Shown here one piece after another: positions 30,763 to 40,988 of a stretch of DNA of 44,374 nt (position 1 is the stretch's first letter; each line of letters starts with the position of its first letter). The position numbers and the translations under genes were made by a program. The notes below the pieces were generated by a model that worked only from the letters and a program-made list of their open reading frames with translations, had not been told where the DNA came from and did no database searches. Source of the DNA: an uncultured delta proteobacterium (GTDB taxonomy: Bacteria > Desulfobacterota > Binatia > UBA9968). Location of the stretch: positions 1 to 44,374 of the forward strand of contig CAWJBB010000036.1 in the NCBI GenBank assembly GCA_963840855.1. The letters are read 5' to 3'.

Positions 30763-31000
30763 ATGGATTGGCTCACGTTTTTTGGTTTGTTTGCGGTTAC
30801 GGCGATGCTGGTGTGCTACGCATAGAAGATCTACAGCCCTGGTTTATCCTGGCTTCGCCTTGGCATGCGCGCTGGCGTCGGCGTACGGTTTTCTGCAAGG
30901 GCGCCTGGCCCTTTGGGTGGTAGAGGCCATCTGGTGCTCTCGTGCCTACGGCGCTGGTCGGAGAAGAATCCGGTTCGTAGCTTCGTCTGTGAAGAATTAA
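30763..31000 (+). CDS. Small hydrophobic membrane protein (frameshifted)
   Basis: Joined frames give MDWLTFFGLFAVTAMLVCYA...GFALACALASAYGFLQG..W...VVEAIW, three hydrophobic segments. Confidence 0.55.
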
Positions 31001-31044
31001 CGGGACTCGTTCAAAAAAAGACCTGATCGCGGAAAAGATTTGTC

Positions 31045-32203
31045 ATGGCCACGGATCGCAAACGCCCCGAGGATTTTCTCGAGCTGGTCGAGCGCGCCAA
31101 GCGCGGCCGTCTCAAAGTTTATATCGGTTCAGCCGCCGGTGTCGGTAAAACCTACCAGATGTTAGAGGAAGCCCACGCTCTCAAGAAGCGTGGGGTTGAT
31201 GTAGTCCTGGGTTTTATTGAAACGCATGGTCGGCTCGACACCGCGGCGCTGATCGACGGACTCGAGGTGATCCCGCGCCAGCGGGTCGAGTATCGGGGAG
31301 TCGTAGTGGAAGAGATGGACTTGGACGCGGTTCTTAAACGGCGCCCCCAGGTAGCCATCGTCGATGAACTGGCGCACACCAACGCTCCCTTTTGCCGAAA
31401 TAAGAAACGCTATCAGGACGTTCTTGAGTTGCTCGAAGCAGGCATCAACGTGATCTGTGCGTTCAACGTGCAGCATCTCGAAAGCCTCAACGAGATGGTA
31501 AAGCAAGCGACGGGTGTGATGGTTCGCGAAACCGTGCCCGACTCGATCCTTGAAGCGCGCTGACCAGGTGGTCGATATCGACCTCGCGGTCGAAGATCTC
31601 ATCGATCGTTTGCGGGCCGGGAAGATCTATGCGCCGGACAAAGTCGGCTGGGCGCTGGAAAATTTTTTTCAGCCCGAAAAACTTGCGGTGCTGAGGGAGA
31701 TCGCGCTTCGGGAAGTCGCTGAAAGCGTCGACCGCACAGTCTCATCCAATGGCGGCGCCAATGATGCCGCGCGCAGGGCGGCGGCAAGCGAAAGGGTAAT
31801 GGTGTGTCTGCCAACGCGGCACCCGCCTCACGGCGCTATGCTGCTCAGACAGGGATCGCGTCTCGCCGGAAGGCTTAACACGGACTGGTTTGTCGTTCAT
31901 GTAGAGACGAAACAAGAAGCCAATCATCGAATTGACTCGACACTGCAGCGTCATCTCCTGGAGGACGAACAACGAGCGCGGGATCTCGGAGCAGAAGTCG
32001 TGCGCCTGCGCTCCGAAAAACCCGTCGACGCGCTGTTGGATTTCGGTCGCGCTCACGGCGTTCGCCATATCGTCGTCGGGCGCTCGCACAAACCCTGGTG
32101 GCGCCGTCTGTTGGGTCAATCGCCGGTATACAAACTGGTAACCCAAGCTGCCGGTTTCGATCTCCACATCGTCTCCTTAGAAGATCGGGAGAGCCAGGAA
32201 TGA
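31045..32203 (+). CDS. kdpD: Soluble KdpD N-terminal sensor + Usp domain protein (no TM or kinase domain), frameshift near 31550
   Basis: GRLKVYIGSAAGVGKTY, VDELAHTN, NVQHLESLN, VRETVPD, LREIALREVA, Usp-like HIVVGRS...FDLHIV. Confidence 0.85.
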
Positions 32204-34050
32204 ACCTGCACAAAAAAATCCTGCTAGCGGAAGCGCCGTTGGCGATTGCGCTGGCGATTGTCTGTATTGTTTCCGTCGTCGTCATCTCATCGCTGGGATC
32301 GCACTCACAGACGGTCTTGCAACACAACTATCGAAGCGTTCTTGCCGCTCAGCGGATGAAGGAGGCCATAGAGCGCTTGGACAGCGCGGCCCTCTTCATA
32401 GTCGCCGGCGAGCGGCAAAAGGGAATCGAGCAGGCAGAAAAGAATCGCCCGATCTTCGAAGCCGAGCTAAAAGTTCAGGAGGGAAATATTACCGAGGCGG
32501 GAGAAAAGGAATTCACCGAGAAACTGCGTGCTGCATGGACGGACTATCAAGCCAAATTCGATCGTTTACAGAAAACCACCAGTGCCCAAGAGGCAAGACA
32601 AATCTATTTCTCCGAGGTGGAAACCGCATTTCTGCAGGTGAAAACGGCGGCCGATGAGATCCTGGCGATTAATCAGGACGCGATGGTGCGCAAGAGCGAC
32701 GCCGTGCGTCGGACGGCGGAACGCATGAATACCGTCACGTTCACGGTTGCAGCGGCAGCCTTGGTCCTGGGACTTTTCATCTCCGTGCTCTTGACCAGAC
32801 GCATGCTACAACCGCTGTCGGCCTTGAGTGACGCCACCCGCAAGCTGGGGGAGGGGAATTTCGACACGCGCGCCCATGTGCGCGGCAATGATGAGCTGGC
32901 GCAGCTGGCCCGCGACTTCAACGCCATGGCGGGGCGCCTGGCTGAATACCGCAAAAGCTCTCTGGGCGACCTGCTTCAAGCCCACCTCAGCATGCAGGCG
33001 GCCATCGACAGTCTGCCGGACCCAGTGGTCATCTTCAGCGTCAGCGGCGAGTTGCAGAACGTGAACCATGCGGCAGAAACGCTTTTGGGACTCATGGCGG
33101 AATCCGCAGTCAAGGAACCCCTGAAGCGCGTGCATGAATCAGTTCGCGTTGTTCTCGAACGCGTGCGCAGTCACGTTCTGAGCGGCAAGGGCGCTTACGT
33201 CCCGAGAGGATTCGAGGATGCGGTGCAACTTCCTTCTCTAATGGGCGATCGGTATTTTTTGCCCCGTGGCGCGCCGGTTTATGAGACTCGGCGCGTGGTG
33301 ATCGGCGCCACCGTGATCCTGCAAGATGTGACGCGCCTGAGGCGCTTCGAGGAATTGAAGAATGACCTCGTTGCGACCGTTGCTCACGAGTTTCGCACGC
33401 CGCTGACCTCGTTGCGCATGGCGGTGCATTTGTGCACCGAGCAGGTAGCCGGACCCCTAACTGACAAGCAAGCCGAACTGCTGCATACGGCCAGAGAGGA
33501 TTGCGATCGGCTGCAGGCTATGGTGGACGACCTGCTCGACTTGTCGCGCATCGAGTCGGGAAGGGTGGAACTGTTTCCGTTACCCACGGCGGTTAGCCAT
33601 CTCGTGCACAGCGCTTTAGAGGGGCACAAGCAAGAAGCCGCCGAGGCGGGACTAAGTTTAACCCTGGAGTCCGCTCTTCCCGAGGCCAGAGTATTGGCAG
33701 ATCACGAGCGCATCGGGCACGTGTTTTCAAACATGATCGTCAATGCAATACACCACACGCCCAAGGGGGGCAATGTGACATTGGGCGCCCACGCTCTCAA
33801 CGGCTTTATGCGCTTTACCGTCACAGATACCGGGAAAGGAATTTCGCAAGAGTATCGCGACCGGATTTTTGAAAAATTCTTTCGCGTGCCCGACACCGAG
33901 CCCAGGGGAACCGGACTGGGTTTGTACATAGCCCGGGAAATCGTTCGCAGCCATGGAGGCGACATCGGCGTAGAAAGCGAGCCGGGAAAAGGCAGCATGT
34001 TCTGGTTTACAGTTCCAATCGCCGGTCAAACTCCTTCGAAGGGAGGATGA
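32200..34050 (+). CDS. Membrane sensor histidine kinase (periplasmic helical bundle, HAMP, PAS; KinB-like)
   Basis: Two TMs, DELAQLARDFNAM HAMP, VAHEFRTPLT H-box, DTGKG and GTGLGL G-boxes. ATGA overlap with the upstream gene. Confidence 0.9.
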   Translation: MNLHKKILLAEAPLAIALAIVCIVSVVVISSLGSHSQTVLQHNYRSVLAAQRMKEAIERLDSAALFIVAGERQKGIEQAEKNRPIFEAELKVQEGNITEAGEKEFTEKLRAAWTDYQAKFDRLQKTTSAQEARQIYFSEVETAFLQVKTAADEILAINQDAMVRKSDAVRRTAERMNTVTFTVAAAALVLGLFISVLLTRRMLQPLSALSDATRKLGEGNFDTRAHVRGNDELAQLARDFNAMAGRLAEYRKSSLGDLLQAHLSMQAAIDSLPDPVVIFSVSGELQNVNHAAETLLGLMAESAVKEPLKRVHESVRVVLERVRSHVLSGKGAYVPRGFEDAVQLPSLMGDRYFLPRGAPVYETRRVVIGATVILQDVTRLRRFEELKNDLVATVAHEFRTPLTSLRMAVHLCTEQVAGPLTDKQAELLHTAREDCDRLQAMVDDLLDLSRIESGRVELFPLPTAVSHLVHSALEGHKQEAAEAGLSLTLESALPEARVLADHERIGHVFSNMIVNAIHHTPKGGNVTLGAHALNGFMRFTVTDTGKGISQEYRDRIFEKFFRVPDTEPRGTGLGLYIAREIVRSHGGDIGVESEPGKGSMFWFTVPIAGQTPSKGG

Positions 34051-34052
34051 TA

Positions 34053-34703
34053 ATGTCGGAAGCCAAGCCGCGTATTCTCATCGCCGATGACGAACGCAAT
34101 ATTCGCAAGAACCTCGCTCTAGTGCTGGAGGCGGCGGGTTATCTGGTCGAGGTGGCAGAGGATGGCGATAAGGCTTTGGATTTATGCAAGCAGAGCCATC
34201 CTGATATCGCTTTTGTGGATCTCAAGATGCCCAACATGAAAGGACTCGATGTGCTTGCCCACGTTCGAGCGCTGAGCCCAAAAACCGCTGTGGTGATCAT
34301 TACCGCTTACGGTACCGCGGCTAATGCCGTGGAAGCGATGAAGCTTGGAGCGGTCGATTTTCTCGAAAAGCCGTTCGATCCGAAAATTATAGGAATCTTG
34401 GCGGCGGAAATCCTTTTTCGCCAAAGGCTCGGCGGCAGCGCTGCTTTTGATGATCTGATGCATCTCGCGGAGCTGGCGCGCAAGCGCAATGCCGTTATCG
34501 AAGAGCGGGGTTATTTGAAAACGGCGATGGCGCGCGCTCTGGATCGTCCCGAGCCTTACTATTGGCTCGGGGAGTCGTGGGAGCGCCAGGGCGATGAGAA
34601 ACGCGCCATCCAGTACTATTACATGGCGGTAACAGCAAGTCATGATTATCAGCCGGCCATCGATGCTTTGAAGCGTCTGGGTAAGCCGGTCAACGGCCGT
34701 TAG
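34053..34703 (+). CDS. Response regulator with REC + C-terminal TPR-like domain
   Basis: ILIADDE, FVDLKMP, ITAYG, FLEKPF, then PEPYYWLGESWERQGDEKRAIQYYYMA TPR-like helix pair. No DNA-binding domain. Confidence 0.8.
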   Translation: MSEAKPRILIADDERNIRKNLALVLEAAGYLVEVAEDGDKALDLCKQSHPDIAFVDLKMPNMKGLDVLAHVRALSPKTAVVIITAYGTAANAVEAMKLGAVDFLEKPFDPKIIGILAAEILFRQRLGGSAAFDDLMHLAELARKRNAVIEERGYLKTAMARALDRPEPYYWLGESWERQGDEKRAIQYYYMAVTASHDYQPAIDALKRLGKPVNGR

Positions 34704-36075
34704 TTTCATATTTCTTGCGCTTGCGCCAGAGGGTCGAAGCGTCGATGCCGAGAATCGCCGCGGCCTCCTCCAAGGTGGCGCTCCTGGCCAGTACCCGCGC
34801 GATATGCTCTCGTTCGATGCGCTTCCAGGGAGAAGTTACCGCCGATCTGTGGCGCTTCAGCGGTTGAGTGTGCAGATATATGCGCGGGGAACGCCTCCGG
34901 TTCGATGATCTCCGCCGGCCAGAGGATGACCGCTCGCTCGATTGTATTGCGCAGTTCGCGGATGTTTCCGGGCCAGGCATAAGCGACCAGCGCGGCTTCC
35001 GCCGCCGGGGATAATCGCGGCGGTGGCCGGCGCGCTGCTTTGGCGAAGAAGGCCAAAAACCTGCGTGCCAGGCGCAAAGTATCCTCCGAGCGTTCGCGCA
35101 GCGGCGGCAGTTGCAAGTCAATCACATTGAGACGATACAGTAGATCTTCGCGGAACAGGCCCTTGGCGACGTGATCCTCCAGATTGCGGTTTGTGGCGGC
35201 GATCACACGAACATCGGCGCGCCGGGTTCGATTCTCGCCGACGCGCTCAAACTCCTTTTCTTCCAAGAAGCGTAGAAGCTTTGCTTGCAAAGAAGGAGAA
35301 ATTTCGCCGATTTCGTCAAGAAACAGCGTTCCGCCTTCAGCCGCCTCCACGCGCCCGGCCTGGTCTCGCACGGCGCCTGTGAAAGCTCCTTTGGCGTGGC
35401 CGAAGAGCTCGCTCGCCAAGAGTTCTTCGGAAAGGGTCGGGCAATTGACCACGACGAACGGGCCGCGCGCGCGCGGACTCAAGTTATGAATCATGCGGGC
35501 CAAGACAGTCTTGCCGGTGCCGCTTTCGCCGCGCAAGAGAACCGCAACATCCGAAGCCGCGGCTTTGGCGGCGACATCGATGACGGAGCGAACTTTGGGT
35601 GATCCGCTTTCCAAATCGATGTCCGGTGCCGCCTGGCTGAGACGCCCCTCGAGATCGTGAATCTGCCGATGGAGATCCCTTCGGGTGAGATACTGATCGA
35701 CCAGGTGGCGAATCTGTGACGGCGTGAACGGTTTGGCGATATAATCGGCCGCGCCGCGCTTGATGGCCTCAACGGCGCTGTCGATAGTTGCATAGGCGGT
35801 CATGATCACCACCATAAGATCCGGCGCATCAGCAAGCAGTTTGGGAATGAGATCGAGACCGCTTGACTGTCCCAAGCGTAGGTCAAGAAACGCGAGGTCT
35901 TGCCGCTGTCGCGCCAGCGCTTCCAACGCGGCTTGCGGCGGAAGCTACGGCTGGTGACCTCACAGCCGATTTGCTCCAGGCAGAGAGCCAGGGTGGCGCG
36001 GATGTTTTTTTCATCATCGATCACCAACACCCGAAGCCCCTTCGCGGGTGTCAAGCTCGGCTCGTCTTTTTGCAT
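34690..36075 (-). CDS. sigma54-dependent NtrC/AlgB-like response regulator (REC-AAA+-HTH), frameshifts near 35945 and 34820
   Basis: VLVIDDEKNI, FLDLRL, GESGTGKT, GAFTGA, LFLDEIGE, WPGNIREL, AAILGIDASTLWRKRK. Confidence 0.9.
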
Positions 36076-36130
36076 GGAGCTACTTTAAAAGGGTTGGGCC
36101 CAACTCGCAACGGTCAGAGTTTGCCCTGGA

Positions 36131-36141
36131 TGCAGAATGCA
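36131..36141. promoter_or_regulatory. Perfect TGCA-N3-TGCA site between the divergent activator and transporter genes
   Basis: TGCAGAATGCA, same pattern as the sites upstream of kdp. Confidence 0.45.
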
Positions 36142-36215
36142 CAATGACTCGGATGGAGAGCCGTGGTGCTGATTCGGTTAACATTCCGCCACAAACCTGC
36201 TAAGAGACATGAATC

Positions 36216-38226
36216 GTGCTCTCGACGCCGCTTGCCTCGCTCAGGGAGTTGCTTCTCGGCAAACCCAAAGATCCTCTCGATCCGAAAGTTTTCCACCAAA
36301 TATCGCTGGTCGCTTTCCTTGCCTGGGTTGGTCTTGGCGCGGACGGCCTGAGTTCCTCGGCCTACGGACCGGAAGAAGCCTTTCTCGCCCTCGGCGAGCA
36401 CTTTTATCTCGCCCTGCCGCTAGCGCTTCTCATGGCGGTAACGGTCTTCGTTATATCCGCCAGCTACTCACAAATCATCGAGCTGTTTCCTACCGGTGGT
36501 GGCGGTTATCTGGTGGCAACGAAGTTATTGGGGGCGAAGGCCGGGCTGGTGTCAGGGGCCGCGCTGGTGGTGGACTACATGTTAACCATTACAATCTCCA
36601 TCGCCGCCAGCGCCGACGCCTTGTTCAGTTTCTTACCGCCGCCGTACGGGCCTTACAAGATCGTCGCGGAAGTATTTTTGATTTTCGGTCTGATTTTTTT
36701 GAATCTGCGCGGCGTGAAAGAGTCAATCATATTCCTGCTGCCGATTTTCTTGCTGTTTATTTTCATGCACATCGTTGTCATTGCCATGGGTTTACTGCCG
36801 CATCTCGGCGATATGCCAGCTTTGGTCGCGAACTCGTACCGTGAAACGGTGCACGACGTGCAGGGGTTGGGGCTGCTCGCGACATTAGCAATCTTGCTCC
36901 GTGCCTACAGCCTCGGCGGCGGCACTTATACAGGGATTGAAGCGGTGAGCAACGGACTGCAGATTTTGCGCGAGCCGCGCGTGGAGACCGGTAAAAAGAC
37001 CATGGTTTACATGGCTATTTCACTCGCATTCACCGCCAGCGGGATATTGATTTGCTATCTGCTTGAACCGGGTCGCCCATGAACCGGGAAAAACCCTCAA
37101 TGCCAGCTTGTTCGCAATCGTGTACGGCACCTTCTTCGGCGGCGATTCGCCAACCACCGCAGTCCTCGTGATCATCACTTTGATTACGGAGGCCGCGTTG
37201 TTGATCGTTGCCGCGCAAGCCGGTTTTCTCGCCGGGCCGCGGGTGCTTGCTAACATGTCGCTGGATTCCTGGGCGCCGCACCGATTATCCCACTTGAGCG
37301 ATCAGCTGGTGACCCGCAATGGCGTCTGGTTCATGGGGCTGACGTCCCTCGGGTTTCTGATTTACAGCCAAGGCCACGTCAAACTGCTGGTAGTCATGTA
37401 CAGCATTAACGTGTTTCTCGTTTTCACCTTGTCGCAGATGGGAATGTGCCGCCACTGGTGGGAAGTGCGTAGATCGCAAACGCCGTGGCATCAACGACTG
37501 CTTATCGCCGGCCTGGGCTTGCTTCTAACGGGGACGATTTTGTTCGTAACCGTAACCACCAAGTTTGCGGAGGGCGGTTGGGTAACCATTTTCGTCACTC
37601 TCGTTTTCATATCGTTGTGCCAAGCCGTGCGCTGGCATTACGATCGCGTCAGAGAGGCGCTCAAGAGGCTTGATGACACGTTGCTTGGAATTCCTTTTCA
37701 GCCCGACTTGAACGCTGCCGCTCCGGTGAAGAACCCAAGCGCGCCTACTGCCGCGATCATCGTCCGCGATTTCGACGGCATCGCGGTGCATACGCTGCTG
37801 AACATCCAACGTTTGTTTCCCAATCATTTCAAAAACGTTGTCTTTATATCAGTCGGCGTCATCGATACCGGTCAATTCAAGGGACATGCCGAAATCGAGA
37901 ACCTCAAACGCAAAAAGGAGGAGGACCTCAAGAGCTTCGTGGATTTTGCAACCTGTCTGGGTTGGTATGCCGAGTACCGTTATAGTCTCGGCGTAGATCT
38001 GATCGAGGAGTTAGAGCAACTGTGCGACGCGGTGGCCAAAGAGTTTCCGCGGGTAATTTTCTTCTGCGGCACGCTAGTGTTCGAACAGGAAAACCTGTTT
38101 ACCCGTTTGTTGCACAATCATACTCCATTTACCTTGCAACAGCGGCTGCAGTTCGCAGGCCGTGACATGATGATTTTGCCGATTCGGGTTTTTACCAATG
38201 TTACGCCCGCGCAAAAAGCGGCATGA
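36216..38226 (+). CDS. APC-superfamily transporter, KimA/YdaO-like K+ transporter, frameshift near 37065
   Basis: GADGLSSSAYGPEE, SYSQII..FPTGGGGYLVA, LVVDYMLT, NLRGVKES, TGIEAVSNG, KFAEGGW, plus a soluble C-terminal domain. Confidence 0.8.
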
Positions 38227-38278
38227 GTTTTAACACGGGTCTGACTCAGCAGCCCCCGAAGCGCCATTAATCATCACT

Positions 38279-38413
38279 CTAGTGAGCTGCAACAATTGAT
38301 TCGCGTCAAGTTCGAAGAACCCTTCGACAAGCTCAGGGTGAACGGTCAAGGCACAAGCCGTTCTTAAGGCTTCGAACCATGACGACAAATCTATGAGTTG
38401 TCACAGTTCACAG
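38279..38413. mobile_element. MITE/REP-like element, copy 2
   Basis: CTAGTGAGCTGCAACAATT...AGTTGTCACAGTTCACAG imperfect TIRs. Core nearly identical to 3512-3650. Confidence 0.7.
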
Positions 38414-38941
38414 CAACCCACGGTAATAGATTTTCGCGCCTTCCGGATGAGCGAACGGCGGTAGCTTGTGCGCGTGGCAGCCGTTGTCCATAATATGCCC
38501 CACGGACCAGCCTCGGACGAGAAACGCATCCGCGAGCAACTGGCGGTGGCAGCGCCACGGCACGGCTTCGGCGCACATGAACGCGGTTCGTTTCGCGCCG
38601 GCCAATCTTTCCACTTCCTCGACGATGTTGTGAAACTCATCCGTCAGCATGAAATCCGCATAGGCGCGGAAGGCGCCAACTTTCCAGCCGGTGTTGGGCG
38701 AGTTAGGCGCCGGTTTGCGAAACCCGCCGAGATCGCCGCGCCAAAGATAGTCGACACCGGCCTGTTCTAACGAATTCGATAACGCTTCGCGGTGAAATTG
38801 CGGATGGCGCCGAGAGGCGGGCCAGCGGCGTACGTCGACGAGCAATTCGATTTCATGGGCTTCGAGCAAGGCGAGAAATGTCTCGATCGTCCTTGTGGAA
38901 TGGCCGACCGTATGAATCGTTCGCGCCGAATCACAATTCAT
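38408..38941 (-). CDS. DUF488 family protein
   Basis: TVGHSTR, LVDVRRWPASR, LGGFR, MCAEAVPWRCHR. Confidence 0.9.
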   Translation of the reverse strand: MNCDSARTIHTVGHSTRTIETFLALLEAHEIELLVDVRRWPASRRHPQFHREALSNSLEQAGVDYLWRGDLGGFRKPAPNSPNTGWKVGAFRAYADFMLTDEFHNIVEEVERLAGAKRTAFMCAEAVPWRCHRQLLADAFLVRGWSVGHIMDNGCHAHKLPPFAHPEGAKIYYRGLL

Positions 38942-38949
38942 TTTAGCTC

Positions 38950-39015
38950 ACGTTCAAATGGTTCAAGCCGTCGAATTACGGTTTGAACATCTTGAACGAT
39001 TGGAACTCCTGGAAC
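38950..39015. repeat. Inverted GTTCAA/TTGAAC repeat array forming a hairpin
   Basis: gttcaaatggttcaagccgt-cgaatt-acggtttgaacatcttgaac followed by further 9-bp units. Confidence 0.75.
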
Positions 39016-39055
39016 CGCCGTCGTAGATGGCGTATATCGATGCTATCATCGCGCC

Positions 39056-40249
39056 ATGTGGCATTCCATTCCGCTCACGCTGTTCTGGTTCACTTACTTT
39101 GGATCGCTGGGAATCTTTTTTCCTTATTTCAGTTTGTATCTCCGGGAGAACGCGGGCCTCTCCGGGACGCAACTGGGAGTGGTCCTGGCCATTTCTCCGC
39201 TGGTGGGGATGATCGCGCAACCATTGTGGGGCCAGGTGGCCGACCGCACCGGCGCGCGCAGCCGTGTATTGGCGTTTCTCACTCTGGGCACGGCGCTTGG
39301 GTATGCGGGTCTCGGACTAGCGCAGGGATTTGGGCAGATCCTGATCGCGATGGCGGCGCTGGCGTCAGTCGGTACGGCGGTGTTTCCGCTCATGATTTCT
39401 GTCAGCCTGGCAATTCTCCGCGACGAAGGGCGGCACGCCTTCGGCCGCGTGCGGGTGTGGGGAACCATCGGCTACTTCATCCTTATTCTTCTCTTCCCAT
39501 GGTTTCTCAGCTTTTATCAACCGCCCGGCGTTGTGCATTCTACCGGCCGGGAAATTTCCCAACCGGGTCTTGGTCTTATGTTTCCAATTACGGCAGCTCT
39601 GGTGCTCGTTGCCGCGTTCATTGCCTTCGTGTTGCCGCAAAAGGGCGCGGTCGCGCTGCGCGCGCAGCGCGGCGACTGGCGTGAGCTCATGCGCAATGGC
39701 CCGTTTCTGCGGTTTCTTTTCTTTGCGCTGGCCGCCCACTTCCTGATGCACGGGCCCATGTGGCTGTTTCCACTCTTTGTCCGCTCCCGCGGCGGCGATC
39801 TGGAAATGATTCGCGCCATGTGGATATTGATGTTAACCTTCGAGGTTCCGTTGGTGTTTTTGACGGGTAGCGGTCTGAAGCGGCTCGGCGCGCGCGGACT
39901 GCTGGCGGTTGGTGTTTTCGTGGGCGGTTTGCGTTGGACACTATGCGCGGTACTCACCGATCCCATGTTGCTGTTTGCCGTCCAGGCGTTTCACGGCGTG
40001 ACGGTGGTTGGCCTCAACTTGGGAAGCCCGCTTTACCTGGACACGGTCGCCCCGGAACGACTGCGCTCGACCGCCCAGGGGATCCTCTCCATGGTGGGGA
40101 TGGGTATAGCGGGCATCGCGTCGAACACTGCCGCCGGCTGGTTGGTAGACCACGGCGGGACGGACGCGCTTTATTTGATTTGCGGTTTGGGTGCGTTAGC
40201 ATTGGGTTTGCTGACCGGGTGGTTCTTGCCCGCTGCCGGCAACGCGTGA
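39056..40249 (+). CDS. MFS transporter (MFS_1-like; nucleoside/3-phenylpropionate permease-like)
   Basis: PYFSLYL, PLWGQVADRTG, FGRVRVWGTIG, QAFHG, RSTAQG, multiple TM helices. Confidence 0.85.
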   Translation: MWHSIPLTLFWFTYFGSLGIFFPYFSLYLRENAGLSGTQLGVVLAISPLVGMIAQPLWGQVADRTGARSRVLAFLTLGTALGYAGLGLAQGFGQILIAMAALASVGTAVFPLMISVSLAILRDEGRHAFGRVRVWGTIGYFILILLFPWFLSFYQPPGVVHSTGREISQPGLGLMFPITAALVLVAAFIAFVLPQKGAVALRAQRGDWRELMRNGPFLRFLFFALAAHFLMHGPMWLFPLFVRSRGGDLEMIRAMWILMLTFEVPLVFLTGSGLKRLGARGLLAVGVFVGGLRWTLCAVLTDPMLLFAVQAFHGVTVVGLNLGSPLYLDTVAPERLRSTAQGILSMVGMGIAGIASNTAAGWLVDHGGTDALYLICGLGALALGLLTGWFLPAAGNA

Positions 40250-40305
40250 CGACAAACTGCGCGCAGGAAGTGCTGCCGAGCGAGGTATTGCCGTAGGATT
40301 TCGAA

Positions 40306-40965
40306 TTGGAGGCGCAGGTGTTGAAAACGACATGGTCTATGGGGGCTGTAAGCCTGATTATCGCGCTCTTGTCCGTGCCGATGTTTTCCTCGCCGGTGGC
40401 GGCGCAAAATTCTACGGTAAGCGCGTTTTTGGATGGGTTAGGACGCGAGCCGATGCTTGGGTCCGCGGGCGCTCCCGTTTGGATCGTCGAGTTCTCCGAT
40501 TTTCAGTGCGGCTATTGCAAGAGGTTTTGGCGGGATACTTTGCCGAAGCTTAAAGAGTCATATATCGAAAAAGGCACAGTGCGTTTCACTTACCGCCACT
40601 TCGCCGTTCTCGGTAAACCGTCCGAGCAAGCCGCATTGGCCGCTGAATGCGCCGCGGTACAGAAAAAATTCTGGCCATATCACGACAAGTTGTTCGCCAA
40701 CCTGGGGGAATCGCTCTTTACCGAAGCCAATTTCAAACGGTTTGCCCGGGAGGTGGGGCTAGATGCCGATCAGTTCGGCGCCTGTCTCAGCGCCGGCAAG
40801 CACAAGGAAAAAGTAGCACGCGAAACCGCCACCGCGGCTTACCTCGGCGGCCGGGGGACACCGCTGTTTTTCGTCAACCAAAAGCTTTTGCCCGGCGCCC
40901 AGCCATACAGCCTGTTTCAGAAAATCATCGCTGAAGAGCTGGCGGCGGTCAATACAAAGCGGTAA
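40306..40965 (+). CDS. DsbA/BdbD-like thioredoxin-fold protein
   Basis: N-terminal signal/TM, VEFSDFQCGYC, RGTP cis-Pro, GAQPY. Start codon uncertain (TTG 40306 or a downstream ATG). Confidence 0.85.
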   Translation: MEAQVLKTTWSMGAVSLIIALLSVPMFSSPVAAQNSTVSAFLDGLGREPMLGSAGAPVWIVEFSDFQCGYCKRFWRDTLPKLKESYIEKGTVRFTYRHFAVLGKPSEQAALAAECAAVQKKFWPYHDKLFANLGESLFTEANFKRFAREVGLDADQFGACLSAGKHKEKVARETATAAYLGGRGTPLFFVNQKLLPGAQPYSLFQKIIAEELAAVNTKR

Positions 40966-40988
40966 GGCAGCTATCTTTCCGACAAGGC

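Noticed and set aside
30823-30825. In-frame TAG as pyrrolysine or readthrough
   Set aside because: The hydrophobic protein continues in a different frame, so this is an indel rather than recoding.
34053-34703. Calling the downstream response regulator kdpE
   Set aside because: It lacks the OmpR winged-helix output domain and has a TPR-like C-terminus instead.
3815-37100. Frameshifts as programmed frameshifting, phase variation or mass pseudogenisation
   Set aside because: They are scattered single-base indels, mostly outside slippery or simple-repeat tracts, in genes with intact catalytic motifs. Sequencing or consensus error is the simplest explanation, though reads are needed to confirm.
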